Shown in pieces: positions 40,576 through 54,739 of a stretch of DNA of 64,000 nucleotides. How positions within the stretch are numbered: position 1 is the stretch's first letter; every line of letters starts with the position of its first letter. Source of the stretch: Octopus sinensis (taxonomy: Eukaryota); contig NC_042997.1 of the NCBI RefSeq assembly GCF_006345805.1, forward strand, positions 55,676,001 to 55,740,000. Reading direction: 5' to 3'. The notes under the pieces were generated by a model. That model was not told the origin of the DNA and did not search any database. It saw only the letters and a list, made by a program, of their open reading frames with translations. A program made the translations under genes and the position numbers.

Positions 40576-40632
40576 CAACAACAACATCGAAAAATGTCTT
40601 AGGAATGAGAACCCAGGTTCGATTTCCCTAAG

Positions 40633-40676
40633 ACACCTGATGAAGGCTGGAGGGTATATCAGCCGAAACGTTGTGT
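40633..40676 (+). ncRNA. Minimal type I hammerhead ribozyme with intact core
   Basis: Stem I ACAC/GTGT, core CTGATGA, stem II GGCTG/CAGCC, GAAAC, palindromic AACGTT stem III, GUU triplet. Confidence 0.8.
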
Positions 40677-42194
40677 TAACAACAAAACAAATATCCGTCA
40701 AATGTAAATAATGTAAATAATGAATATATATATTTACTGACATAAAATACTAAACCTTATCCACCACGTCAATAATACTATTTAGAATTTAGTTGCCAAA
40801 ATAAACAAATGAACGTTTAATCTGATACCTCTAAACATGCCAAGATAACATGTCTACATTTTCAAATATTCGTTTGAATAAATTAATACTACTTCTCGCG
40901 AATGTAAAAGTATTTGCATTTTCTTAAAATTGAGTATTCCCCAATTATCTGAATCTTCAATTGAGCATTATTCATTATAATACATAGCTACTGGCTATAC
41001 GAATACCCTTCTCCCTTATTAAATATTTAGACAAAAATTAACATTAACATTTAACAAATTATGTATAAGTAAAACATCAGAATATGTTAATTAATTACTC
41101 CAAAATTAAGTACCCATCAAACTCGAGCCAAATCAATTGTTAATGTTGCCTCTTGTCGAAATATTTGGATCAATACATGGTACAAGATCAAGATAAGTAA
41201 ACAAAATGTGAACTGCCTATGCCTTGACTTCGTACGTAAGACAGAATCCAGAATATACAATATTTACAGCGATGCTTTATCTGGGTTTGTGCATACATAA
41301 TGAGCACTGTTGTATTTAGCTTTCTTACTTGAGCCATATCAAAGTCTATTAACATTATACCACATATATGCGGTCACATATTCTAGAGCAAATGTCGTAT
41401 AGGCAGTTTTAAGATACTCTAAAGCAATATTTCAAGAGTAGCCACATACAATAAGCAACCATATTAGCTAAGTACTTGGTATTGAATATTAAAATTAAAT
41501 TAGCTGCCATAAATTTTCCTTTGAGACGAGATTAAAAACCGAGAAAATATTTTTAAACAGTAATAATTAATTGACATTTTATTTCATTACAAAAGCTGAA
41601 GGTTTAGAGGTTAAGTTTGTCATTAAAAATTTGTAAAATGCTTCTTTGTGACTGTTTTAAACATATATTCCCTGGTCATTTTAAGGTTATAAGGTCACCA
41701 TTTGTTTGAGCAGAATGATATCAGAAGCTATTTATTTCTTTTCTCTTTTTCCTTTTTGTTTTTAAAATAAAATGACCTTTCGATTTCAAAATGTAAAATA
41801 GCAGTTGAGAGCGAAGGCTTTGTGAAAAACAGCATCAGCTTGAACAAGCAGAATAAAGTTAAGACTAACAGCTCACGCTATTGATCAGTCTCAATAACAT
41901 AATTCAATTATTAAACTATAAGCTGACAAATTGAATTGCCTGTCAAATTAATTAGTAAATAGTTACTATAAATCACAAGTAGGTTGGTAATCTGGAAAGG
42001 ATGCTAAAATTAGCAACTCAAGAATTCTTAAAGAAAGAGAATTAAATATAAGATAGAATATTTCTGTTGCTTGATTATTTAGCAAAATTCGCAAACGTCG
42101 CGGTCATTTTGTATAGAGAGTGACTCATATAGCCTAACGGGAAGTAACGTCCGTTTTAAATTGTTGTACTATATCGCGCTTAGAAAAAAAAAGA

Positions 42195-42376
42195 AAGAGG
42201 CGAGCTAGTAGAATCGCTCGAACGTCGGGCGAAGTACCTTACGCTAATTGTTCTAGTTCTTTACGTTCTTAGTTCAAATCCCGCCGAGATCAACTTACCT
42301 TTCATTCTTCCGGAGACAAGCATTGGGTCAACAGTATCGACTTCCTCTCTCATCCAAATTGCCTAAATTAGAAACT
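42195..42376 (+). mobile_element. SINE family A, diverged
   Basis: GGCGAGCTAGTAGAATCG..AGTTCAAATCCCGCCGAGATCAAC. Confidence 0.8.
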
Positions 42377-42681
42377 GTTATTAGGAAGTAAGAAACATTT
42401 TGTTGTTCCTCATAATCAAAAGCATTGTAATAACCATCCAATTGCAGAAAAATCCACTTGCTTGCAAGCATTTATTTCACCGGAAACCTAGTCCATATGC
42501 TATAGTATAACCTGGAGGCGGTGTAAAGACAGTGTAATATTTTATTTATTACATAGTTGTGAAATACTAGTACTGACTAAATGCAACATTCAGCTAAAGG
42601 AATGGAACTATTTCGACAATGTAAAATTTTGCCATTTTACTGTCCTAGTTTTCCAAGAGTAACGTGTTTTATTATAGGCAC

Positions 42682-42872
42682 AAGGCGGCGAGCTGGCAGA
42701 GTCCTTAGCCCTTCGGGCGAAATGTTAAGCGGCATTTCTTCTGCGATCTCAGCTGTGCCTCTTCACCCTTTCAGAGTCAATAAAATAAAATACCAGTCAA
42801 GTACTAGGATTGATATAATCGACTTGCCTCCTCCCCTCGAATGTGCTGGTTTCTGACAAAATTAGAAAAGAT
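42682..42872 (+). mobile_element. SINE family A, with internal deletion
   Basis: AAGGCGGCGAGCTGGCAGAG head and family body. Confidence 0.82.
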
Positions 42873-43439
42873 TTATAGATGCATGGCAATTTATTTGCAA
42901 AGGAAGAAATAATCGATTGAATTGATTACGTCCTTAAGTCTTTTGTTTCGTAAAAAAACTAAGAGGATAGCTGATACCGTATGAGATTTTGAGCCAGCAC
43001 ATAGAGGAATGCAAATTGATATTGGAAGGCCTTTAGTCCAGAAGCTCTACCACTCTTGTCATGTCCCTTACATTCAGCACATCCTAATAAGTTATATTTC
43101 TCTTGACTAAGCATAATTTTTAATGTAACTACTAAAATAGACGAAATCAAATTCATGTGCTTCTAATACATTTTTCAACAACAAAAGAAAGGTAGAATCA
43201 GCTCAAACGAGAATTAAAATCACAATTTTTTTAGTTTTGAGTACTTTAGCCTACTAGCCATCGTCCTTCGTTTATAAAGATTTTCATGTGTGCACAAGAC
43301 TATGCATTTGTAGAGGAAAGATTTGTAGGTTGTCGACTGAACCTGCAAAGTATTTTATTTATTTTATTGATCCAAAGTTAGTTCGAGATTGAATCGAGTG
43401 GTGAGAGGCAACTAAAGAACTGTTTTTAATAGAGACACA

Positions 43440-43620
43440 GAACCTGAAATTTCAGAGTACGATAGTGGTCGGTTGTAATCAACCCCAGTATTTGAGTGGT
43501 ATTTCAGTATATTCTCTCAAGGGGAATAAAAGGTAAAGTTGACCTTGCCTAATTTTGAACTCTAAACATAAAAAGCCGGAAGAAAAACTTTAGAAGTATT
43601 TCTTCCTACGCTCTAATTAT
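43440..43620 (-). mobile_element. SINE family A, old copy in reverse orientation
   Basis: Reverse complement gives GAGTTCAAAATTAGGCAAGGTCAACTTTACC..TACTGGGGTTGAT. Confidence 0.6.
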
Positions 43621-43782
43621 TTTATCAATGCAAAGTATTTAGTCCGAGACTGTTCAGTTTTTATAGTCAACGACTTAACAAAGGCCAGAAAAAAGTAGGA
43701 TTGCAAATAAACAGCTATAAAGTGATAAAAATGAGCATACACATTACATATATACATATATAAATACATACAAACACATATC

Positions 43783-43841
<59 letters not shown>

Positions 43842-43858
43842 ACACAAGCACACTCGCG

Positions 43859-44005
43859 TGGCGTGGTAAGAAGTTTGCTTCCCAACCACATGGTTCTGCG
43901 TTCAGTCCCACTGCATAGCACCTTGAGCAAGTGTCTTCTACTTTAGCCTCAGGCCAACCAAAGCTTTGTGTGTGGATTTGGTAGAATCCGAAAGAAGTCT
44001 TGGTA
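43859..44005 (+). mobile_element. SINE family B, 5' half
   Basis: GTGGTAAGAAGTTTGCTTCCCAACCACATGGTTC..CACCTTGAGCAAGTGTC. Confidence 0.85.
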
Positions 44006-44467
44006 TGTATGTGTGTGTGTGTGGTGTGTGTGTATGTGTGTGGGTGTATGTGTGTGTGCATGTGTGTATGTGCATGTGTGTGTTAACTTGTTTCAGTCAC
44101 TGGACTACGGCCATGCTTGGGATTTAACCTCTTTCTCAAAAGAAAGCATCCATTTAAGCTGGATGAAAGAAATACTCCTACAGCATGAAGGCTCTTTGCA
44201 AATGTTCTCTTCCACTGTGGAACTTCGACCCATGTTAAACTAGTCACTCTCACCCATCCTTCAGAAAATTTACCCAAATCTAAACATATCCATTGAGAAT
44301 TGGGGATATTCTAGCTCACTCGCTTAAGTAAATCCGGGTTTGCTGGTTTAGAGTGTTAAGAGTCCACGTGTTGTTATTCGGAAGGCGATTCTTATATCAG
44401 CAGTAGTCGTCATGGTGGTTATATTAGTGATGATGTTGGTTCTGCTTGCGATAACGGAACAAAATTT

Positions 44468-44469
44468 AA

Positions 44470-44524
<55 letters not shown>

Positions 44525-44543
44525 GTTGTTGTTGTTGTTGTTA

Positions 44544-44596
<53 letters not shown>

Positions 44597-44633
44597 GTTG
44601 TTATTGTTATTATTATTATTATTGTTGTTGTTA

Positions 44634-44690
<57 letters not shown>

Positions 44691-45353
44691 TCATCAACAT
44701 CATCATCATCATCATCAACATCATCATCATCATCATTATTATTATGTCAAAAAAGCAGTTTGGGAAAGATGCGAAAGTTTTGAAGACAAACTATCAATCT
44801 TCAAACTTGATATATTTCTTGTGTTTCTGCATTATGACTAGCAAACTCACAAGTGGTAACATCATCTAAGGCCATCTACTTATGTTATGGCTTCCATTTC
44901 GCCATCACTCTCATCACTACCATCCCATCATCATCATCATCATCGTCGTCGTTAACACCAACGCTTCCACCATCATCATGATCGACGTCAAAACAGAAAA
45001 AAGAAAAATGTCGTTGAACTTTTTTCTTTTTTACATATCTTTTTTTTTTATATTTTTATATGGTTGCATTTTGTCTTGTCTCTTTGCTTCTTTTTTTTAT
45101 TATTATGGATTAGCTGCTCAGCGTAGCAATCCCATCTTATTTTAAGATCAAATACCTATGTAGCGCAAGAGACTCTAAGACCTAAAAAGTAAAATAAAGA
45201 AAAATATACTCCCATAAAGTCCAAAAAATAAAACATATCTCCCCTTTCAATGTGAACATCCAACTCATTTCTTTCTCTCTTTTTCTTACATCTATATGCT
45301 ATATATTGTTGTTCTCCTCCTCCTCCTCTTTCTTCTTCTTCTTCTTCTTCTTC

Positions 45354-45418
<65 letters not shown>

Positions 45419-45560
45419 TCTATGACTACTAAAATTATCGTTGTTGTTGTTTCTGCTACTTTTGCAACAACAACTATTATTATTGTTATTATCATCATCA
45501 ACAAACATCATCATCAACATCATCATCATCATCATCATCATTATCATCATCAATATCATT
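44468..45560. repeat. (ATT)n/(GTT)n/(ATC)n/(CTT)n trinucleotide arrays
   Basis: Directly visible at 44468-44745 and 45310-45560. Confidence 0.95.
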
Positions 45561-48500
45561 ATTTTGTGGCTTTAAGCAATCTCGGTTGTAGCTCGACCAA
45601 CATTTCACATTTGCCTCGAATGGCTGCTGAATCTCTTTGGAAACGTAAGAAAGATTGCTTAAAGCTATTTCAGAATGCAATGCTATTCTCGTGTGAACCA
45701 TGTACATAGACTGGCTTTGTGAAACTCAATTAGATTAGTTTTACTGGCAAAAAAAAATATGTAAAATGAAAAAAAAGGCACATCCACATACAACTGACAT
45801 TTAAAGCAGAAAAGAGTTATGTGACCGCTAGTGCACATATGTGTTACGGACGGTAGATTGAGGGTTAGATAGGAAAGCAGAAGAATACTCAGATACTTAG
45901 ATAGATAGATTGATAGAGAGCAAACGAGCGAGCGAGCGAGAAACAAAAACAATTTTCACACTTACATATGAAAATGTTTTCACGTTTGCTATATTTATAC
46001 TGAAAAAGGAGAAAGAAAATATCATTTTAGATTGTTTTTCTAGTCTGTGTTTACCCTCGAAAAATCTAATTTTAGGGTAACAAATAAATTTGTTTGGAAG
46101 TACACAGAAAATCAAGCCCAGATAAGGAAGATGGCTGCTCATTAGCTTCAGGTAACACATTGAAAGAAAAAATTGCACATTATTGGCCCTGTGTTATCTA
46201 TGTTGTTAATTTCAATTATTTATATTACGAATAATATATTAAGAAGGAGATTGATAAATTTAGCATTCAATTCAAATCCTGTCCTTTTTTTTGTGTGGTT
46301 TTGCTAACTTGCCAGAGAACTTCATTGAATAATTGCCCTCGATAGTTTCTTAGATGTCCAGTAATGAAATAAAATAGCTCAGGTATAATTTACATTGCGA
46401 TTGAGAGAAAAACATTGCAGAGAGGATTGGTTACAAAATATTTTCGTAAAAGTTTTGCCACAATAAAGTATTCTTTTAATAAAATTATCTCACCAAATTC
46501 TACTCTTCTAAATTTATTACAGTGAACTCTGAGTTGATTCTAGAGGCATGACTTCTATCATACTTACTCATATATTTGCAAACGCGTTCGCGTGTATTTA
46601 CATTATTACGAAATATACGTCTTTAGACAATTTTAACGTACATCAAGATAATTTTTACATTTAAGGTTCGATTTATAAAGTTCGATTTCAAACAGGATTC
46701 AATCTGACTTCGACTAGTGAAGTATGAATAGCGATATAGTAACATGGAACCTACACATTTTGTTCTAAACAAATATTGTCATACCCAGGTAACTACAAAC
46801 TCGCTATGCCTCAAAATAGGTACTAAAGTTGAAAGTGAATGCAATACACATTAGTCGTGAAAGACAGAAATTGCCAAACTGAAAAATTACGAAATGATAC
46901 ATTTTAAAATCTTTATTATTAAGAGATTGTATAATTGGAAGGACATTTGTTAAAACAAGAATTTAAAAAAATACTTGGATCTTATTTAAAGTCAATGAGT
47001 TATCCCATTTATGCTCTAGATACATCATATGGACTGGAGAAAATGTTTACATAATACAGAGGAAGTATAATGAAAGATATTTGAAAGAGAAGGTCCTAAG
47101 TTACGTATATAATAACGTTTAATATTTTTGATAATACGTCTATTAAAGATGATGATACTATAGCGTCAAGAAATTCACAAACCATATTTCATTTTCTCTG
47201 CAGAGTGATCAAAGTTTAAACACATCAGTATATAACTGGAAGTAGATGCAAAGTATTTTTAGGATAAATATAAAATATTTTAAAATTTTAGTAAACTAAA
47301 ACTTGTTACTACTGCATTTTGAAATTTTGAATTTTTTTCTTTGAATTATTCTTCCATGTAAATAAACAATTTATCATTGCAGGGCTGAGCACGAAGCAGA
47401 AACACCTTATAATCAGTTCAAAACCTTCAGTCAACGGGCAGCTATCATACTGTAAAAACAGTCTAAGTTTTAATAGTCCCTACGGTAGATATTGATTGAT
47501 GAAATGCAATATAATAAACAGAAAATCTATTGATGCAGTCGGTTGCTTTATTTACACGCATTTTCTTTTTATATAAAACTATCGCCAACATCCTTCCACC
47601 CAGAACAACCTTCACCACCTGAGCAGTAAAATTATTTTATCTTTTCATCAAAATCACTGTGTAACATTTCAGAAAAAAAAATGTTTATACAGGTTTTTAA
47701 GGATTGATCCCTGGTTGAGATATTTATTTTTAATTTTCTTTTTTTTTTTTTTTTCAAATCAGGATTAGTTTTGATGTGTTGAAATAAAGACAAAAACAGT
47801 TGTTTTACCTAACTTTTGTATATCTAAATAGTTTTCCATGTATCTGACCTACAACTTGAAATTTGTAATCTCAATAGCTATAAGACTGAAGTTTTTTTGT
47901 TGTAAATAGAAATGAAATAAAAATGTCTGTCTGTCTCCTATTACTTATCTTGGAGCAGGAGTTAAGCCGGGTATTGTGAAATAATTTCATTTCACTTACA
48001 CTACAAATGATTTGGGGAAAATGCATCACCGTCACAATTTCTCATTTTCCCTCCCAAGTGATATAGAACTTTCACGTCTATTAAAAAGAAACTAATAATT
48101 CTTTTGTTTTTGCAACTTTCACTGGAGAAGCTGATGATCTACTAAAGGGGGAAAATTGGAAAGCCGGTTTCGATTTGAAATTTCAAATCGAAATTTCACT
48201 TTACTAGTAATACTACATTACTTTTGTTGTTTCATGCATTCATTTCAACAACAGGAGAACGGTTTTGAGTGTATCATTATGTTTTATCGGTGGTTTTAAG
48301 AGATTACTGTAAAATTCATTAAGATTTTGAATATGTTGCGAGTTCTATTTGAAAGATGATTTTTAAAAATTGCAAGGAAAAATTCTCGATAGGATGTTTC
48401 CCAGATGTTACATGAATATAATAGTTTTAAGAATCAATGTCTAATCTCACAAAGTCCATTGATAAAACAAGCATACGAAATCTGAAATATCTCGGTCGTC

Positions 48501-49109
48501 TAACGAAAACAAAGATGGGGGGAAAGTATAAAAGTATATAATTATCCTCTGTTATATACACTCAAACAAATACAATCTATGTCTGATACTGTTATATAAA
48601 CATTTACTCCCACCATCCAGTTGACGTATGTTAGTATTGAAGATGAAAAATGATGTAGTTTCCAGAAAATAAAAAGTCTTCTAGAGTAGCTTCCTTAAAT
48701 TTCAGGATGAAATCTAGGGTGATTTTTAAAAGATCAGATAATTCTTAAGGCTGGAAGAATGGAAACAATTGCCTGGAAACACAGTGATGATAGCCACAGA
48801 TTCGAACGCAAAGTCCATAATCTGATAAGATCAAGAAGAAGAGAAAGAATTTAGTGTTAAAATCCGCACAACACCAACACATTTACAAACGAATTACGTG
48901 CACAAACACACATTTCAACCACTCATAAAAAAAATCCCAAATGAATAAAAGCTAAGGATATAATTCCCAAAACAAAAACTAATGATGAATTTTAGTTGAA
49001 TCGAGTTTTAAATAAATAACTAGAGACTTTACCTAAAATAACTGTACTATTTCTCCTCTCCAAAACTTTACAGCTGATAATCCACTAAAAGAAAGTTCTA
49101 ACAAAAATC

Positions 49110-49470
49110 ATCGATTTAAATTTATATGTGTATGTGTGTTATGTATTATATAAGTATGCATGGAATGTATATATATACATATATATGTATATATATATAC
49201 ATATATACACCTATATAGAAACAGAAATATATATTGTATATGGATTATAGATATATGCATATATAGATGCGCACACACATATATAAATATATATATATAT
49301 ATACATATATGTATGTATATATATATATCAGTATGTAATACATGTATAATTTTATTTATATATATATATATATACATGCATTTACACACACACACACACA
49401 CACACATACACACACACACACACATATATACAAATATATATATATATATTATATATATGCATATTACATA

Positions 49471-49564
<94 letters not shown>

Positions 49565-50418
49565 TTGTTCTTGCATTTAAAAAATGGAAAAGCACGAACA
49601 TCATTTACTTTTATGTACGTTTAAGAAACAACTTAGTTTAAAAACCGATAAAATAAACTGAAAACAACAGTTTTTTTGTTGAAAAAGCAATTTATCTTCA
49701 AATGTTTGGATTGATTTTGTTTGGATTTTTTTATGAAACTTTTTTTCTTTCTCAGTCTAGGTTAAACCAAACGGAAAAATACTGAAGAGAAAAATGAAAG
49801 AAACATTTGAGGGCAGATTATTTGTTCGTATTGTTTTGTGAATTGTTTTTTGTTTGTTTGTGTTTTTTTTTGTCTTTTTATATGAGAGTAAGTACATGTG
49901 CTATAAGCAAGTAGTGAATAAGAGGAAGGAATGGACATGGGGAAAGGGGCTGGGGAATTGAAATCTGGAGAGAAGAGGAAAACGAAAGAGTAATAGGAAC
50001 CACACACACACACACACACGCCCCCACACACACACAGATATAAACACTCATGACATACATGCTTCTGTGTGGTTGTGTAAGTTACATAGGAGAATGTATT
50101 TATTCATGCATATATATATGTACATATATGTGTGTGTGTGTGTATGTGTGTATACATAGGAATATATATGTATATGTAAATGTAAACACACGTATATATA
50201 TATATATACACATGTATACATAAGTATATGCTTATATACTTTATATATATGTTTATATACTTTATATATAAGTAAATATAAGTACTTATATTTATATATA
50301 AACATATATTGTTATATTTGTACATATACACACAGACACATATTAATGTATATATGTGTGTATGCATGTATGTATATAATGTATATCGGTAATCTTTGCA
50401 TATATACCTGTGTGTGCG

Positions 50419-50469
<51 letters not shown>

Positions 50470-50474
50470 ATCTA

Positions 50475-50507
<33 letters not shown>

Positions 50508-50556
50508 TAATATATATATATGTATGTATATATATATATGTATATATATGTATATG

Positions 50557-50588
<32 letters not shown>

Positions 50589-50659
50589 ATATGTATATAT
50601 ATATGCATATATACATATATATATATATATTATATATATATATTATATACATATATACC

Positions 50660-50720
<61 letters not shown>

Positions 50721-51971
50721 TATGTATACACACATGCACATACACTCACACACGCATATACATGCGTATATGTATGTTCTCTCAATCCGATCGCACGAAA
50801 CCTTTCTTTCCTCCCATGTATTCCCGCTTACATTCGACAAATATGCACACACCCATAAACACCACACACACATACACACGTTTACACGCACACACACACA
50901 TACACACACGCATTCACACTCGCATGCGCACAAAGAGACGAGTACAGTCGCACATATGGTCGACTGCACGAAGCCTTGAATTCTGCCCATGTATTCTTGT
51001 TCACCTTGCCTATGACACACAGACACATATTCGCGCATGCACACATATACATATGTAGGTACGTGTGTATGTAAATCGAGAGAATGGCTGAGGGGTTTTG
51101 CCTGTATGTGTATTTAAGTTTGTGTGTATATGCCTGTGTGTACGTGTAATGTGTATGTAAATCTGAACGTGCGAGTACATGCATGCTACGTTTCATGGTA
51201 CCTCTGTATGTTTGTGTACATGTATGTGTATATACACTCGCATACAGACATATATAGGCTACATACATAAATACATAAATCTAAATACTAACATAAACAC
51301 ACATATACATACATACATACATACATACATACATACATACATACATGCATGCATACATAATACATACATACATACATGCATGCATACATACATACATACA
51401 TACATACATACATACATGCATACATATAATACCTACATACATACATACATGCATACATACATGCATACATACATGTATGCATGCATACATACATACATAC
51501 ATACATGCATACATACATATATACTTACACACGTACATGCATACATACATACATACATACACACACATACATACATACATACATACATGCATACATACAT
51601 GCATACACACATACATACATACATACCTACATACATACATACATACATACATACATACATACATAATACATACATACATAATACATACATACATACATAC
51701 ATGCATGCATACATACATACATAATACATACATACATACATGCATACATATAATACCTACATACATACATACATGCATACATACATGCATACATACATGT
51801 ATGCATGCATACATACATACATACATACATGCATACATACATATATACTTACACACGTACATGCATACATACATACATACATACACACACATACATACAT
51901 ACATACATACATGCATACATACATGCATACACACATACATACATACATACATACATACATACATACATACA

Positions 51972-52002
<31 letters not shown>

Positions 52003-52316
52003 GCATTATTCTTATCTCTGAATGTTGTTGAAAGTGACTTCGAAGAGTCGGCCAGATGATGGTTTAGCCTGCCGAAATTTAGAAGTCACTGTCAACAAAA
52101 TTATTTTATATAAATAATAAATTTGTACTCTACAAATTATATAAATTATTTGTACTCTACAAGAGTATAGAGTAGCCCATGAGATTAATATATATATACA
52201 TATTATATATATATAGATATATATATATATATATATACATATATATTATATATAATAATATATATATATATATTATTATATATATATATACATATATAAT
52301 ATATATATATATATAG

Positions 52317-52353
<37 letters not shown>

Positions 52354-52711
52354 ATATATATAATATATATATATATAGTTAGTTTGATTTGAAAACCCCA
52401 CTAGAATGGGTGAAAGCGCTAATGATCTAAGTGATATGATATATATATAAAAAATGTAATATATAAATAAATATCTGTAAATATAAACATCCGATCTTCT
52501 GAGTACCTCATTTCTTCTAATATATAATACCTGTACATCATCTCCAAACCTTCCAATATATATATATATAACATATATATATATATATATATATAACATA
52601 TATATATATATATATATAATATATATATAACATATATAATATATAGATATATACATATACACACACATTGTATATATACTTGTGTACATACACACCCGCA
52701 CTCTCTCTATT

Positions 52712-52749
<38 letters not shown>

Positions 52750-53162
52750 ACACACACACACACATTAAAATACTAATGTTGCGTCGGCTATAATTGAAGG
52801 TGGAAATGAGCAAGTGATGTAATTAATAGGAGAGGAGAGAAGACTTTAGAAAGAGAAAGAGAAAGAGGGACAGAGAGAGGAAGAACTGGGTGGATATCAC
52901 GGATATCTTAGGAGTGAGTTGAAAAAAATGATAGAGTAGCAATAAAACATTTTTATAGAGAGAGAGAGAGAGTAAGATGTTGCAAGCAATACTGCTGAGG
53001 AAGAAATGTATAACACAACCATTTCTGTTTTACTTTAAGGTTTCTACCTACTATTATTTCCCGACTGGAAGAGAAACTTTAGGGAGACAGGATGACAGCA
53101 TGCATTGTTGTATGTGTGCATGTATTTGTGAATGTATACGCGTATATGCCTATGCGTGTGTG

Positions 53163-53202
<40 letters not shown>

Positions 53203-53292
53203 TACATACACATATGCATGTGTGTGTGCGTATGTGTATTATATTATATACATATATATATTATATTACATATATATTATATACATTTTATG

Positions 53293-53336
<44 letters not shown>

Positions 53337-53426
53337 AATATGTGGACACTCTCATACACACATTATATATGTATCTATGAGTGTGTCTGTATGTATACAC
53401 ACACACACACACACATATATATATAC

Positions 53427-53494
<68 letters not shown>

Positions 53495-53760
53495 TATACA
53501 TATATATAATATATATATATAATATATATATATATATATAATATATAAATATATGTATAAATATATATATGTAAATACTTATTTGTATAAACGTATGTTT
53601 GTACATATATATATATATATACACACATATGCATATATATAAACATATAAGTATCTATATATGTATGCATATATATGCGTGTGTGTGTGTGTGAATTTGT
53701 ATAAATAAATATATATGTATGTGTTTGTGTGTCTGTATGTGTACATGCGAGTTTATGTAC
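49110..53760. repeat. About 4.6 kb dominated by (TA)n, (CA)n, (TG)n and (TACA)n microsatellites with short unique islands
   Basis: Directly visible. Confidence 0.95.
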
Positions 53761-53809
53761 GTATCTTTGCGTGTGTTTATTTGATGCATGTGTATTTTTT
53801 TTCCAACAG

Positions 53810-54002
53810 TCCCACGGAATTGCATCACGAACTGACAAGCTGATATTTCCATGCAAGATAAGAACTTCCAAAGAAGGTATAACCTCATGAAATATTGATG
53901 CTATATGGTTTCAACCACGAGGCAGCACCAGCAGTAGCAGCATTAGAAACATCACCACCAACAGCAGCAATCATGCTGGTGTTTTTTACAAAGATTGATT
54001 CG
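53810..54002 (+). other. Candidate spliced exon (193 bp; 5'UTR-type, possibly containing a start codon)
   Basis: Acceptor TTTTTTTTTCCAACAG| and donor CG|GTGAGT flank a unique island. All three frames have stops before an ATG at 53898, which is open to the donor (35 codons). Confidence 0.4.
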
Positions 54003-54739
54003 GTGAGTTTTCTTCGGAATCGGAACTGTTCTCCCAAGTGTTTAGATTCGGTTGGATTTATGAAATCTGTTCGTTTGTTTGTTTATGACTTTGGTTTAAT
54101 GTACAGAAAAACCATCTGAGACCCTAAAAACCGGTATATATGCTGGAGAGATAAAAAGCAAAAGAATTATATGTGCGAGTATACACGCACACTCCACAAA
54201 CCTATACGATAGGCAAAACGAAATATTATTTAATTTATGCATTTACTTGCTGTCAATCAGACTTCTTTCTTATACAGATTTAGCTGATTTTTTCCTTGTA
54301 CTTAGCGTGTATGTGCGCGCGCGCGACCGTGTGTGTATGTCATGTCCCCAGTGAAATTTGAACTGATGCAAGTATTTTACTGTATTTCTCTTTAAACTAG
54401 AAAATACGTTGCCATTTTTTTTTTCGATCTTAGTTTTTACAAACTTTTCATCATTTTTATCAAATTTTGAAGAAGTGAAGAAAACTTTAATGACAGAAAT
54501 ATTTCAGCGAAAGATAAATTACTTTTCTCTTTAATTTAACAAGCATGAACATTTTGATAATGTTACTCTTATTTTCATTTAAACACAGGTCAGTCCTACT
54601 CTGGCACGTAAGCAGTCAATTGAATGCCTATAGTCAATCTTGAAATCAGTTGCTCCATATTTGTATTTTATAAGATAGTCTATGTCCATGACCTTTTCCT
54701 GGCTCTCCTAGGCATCAATATTTAACATGTACATCTGTA

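Larger units (their letters stand above)
39873..40723. mobile_element. Head-to-head inverted pair of Penelope terminal repeats carrying a tRNA-like segment and a hammerhead
   Basis: Left arm (minus) 39873-40477 and right arm (plus) 40478-40723 are both homologous to 56177-56392, which follows a Penelope GIY-YIG ORF. Confidence 0.85.
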
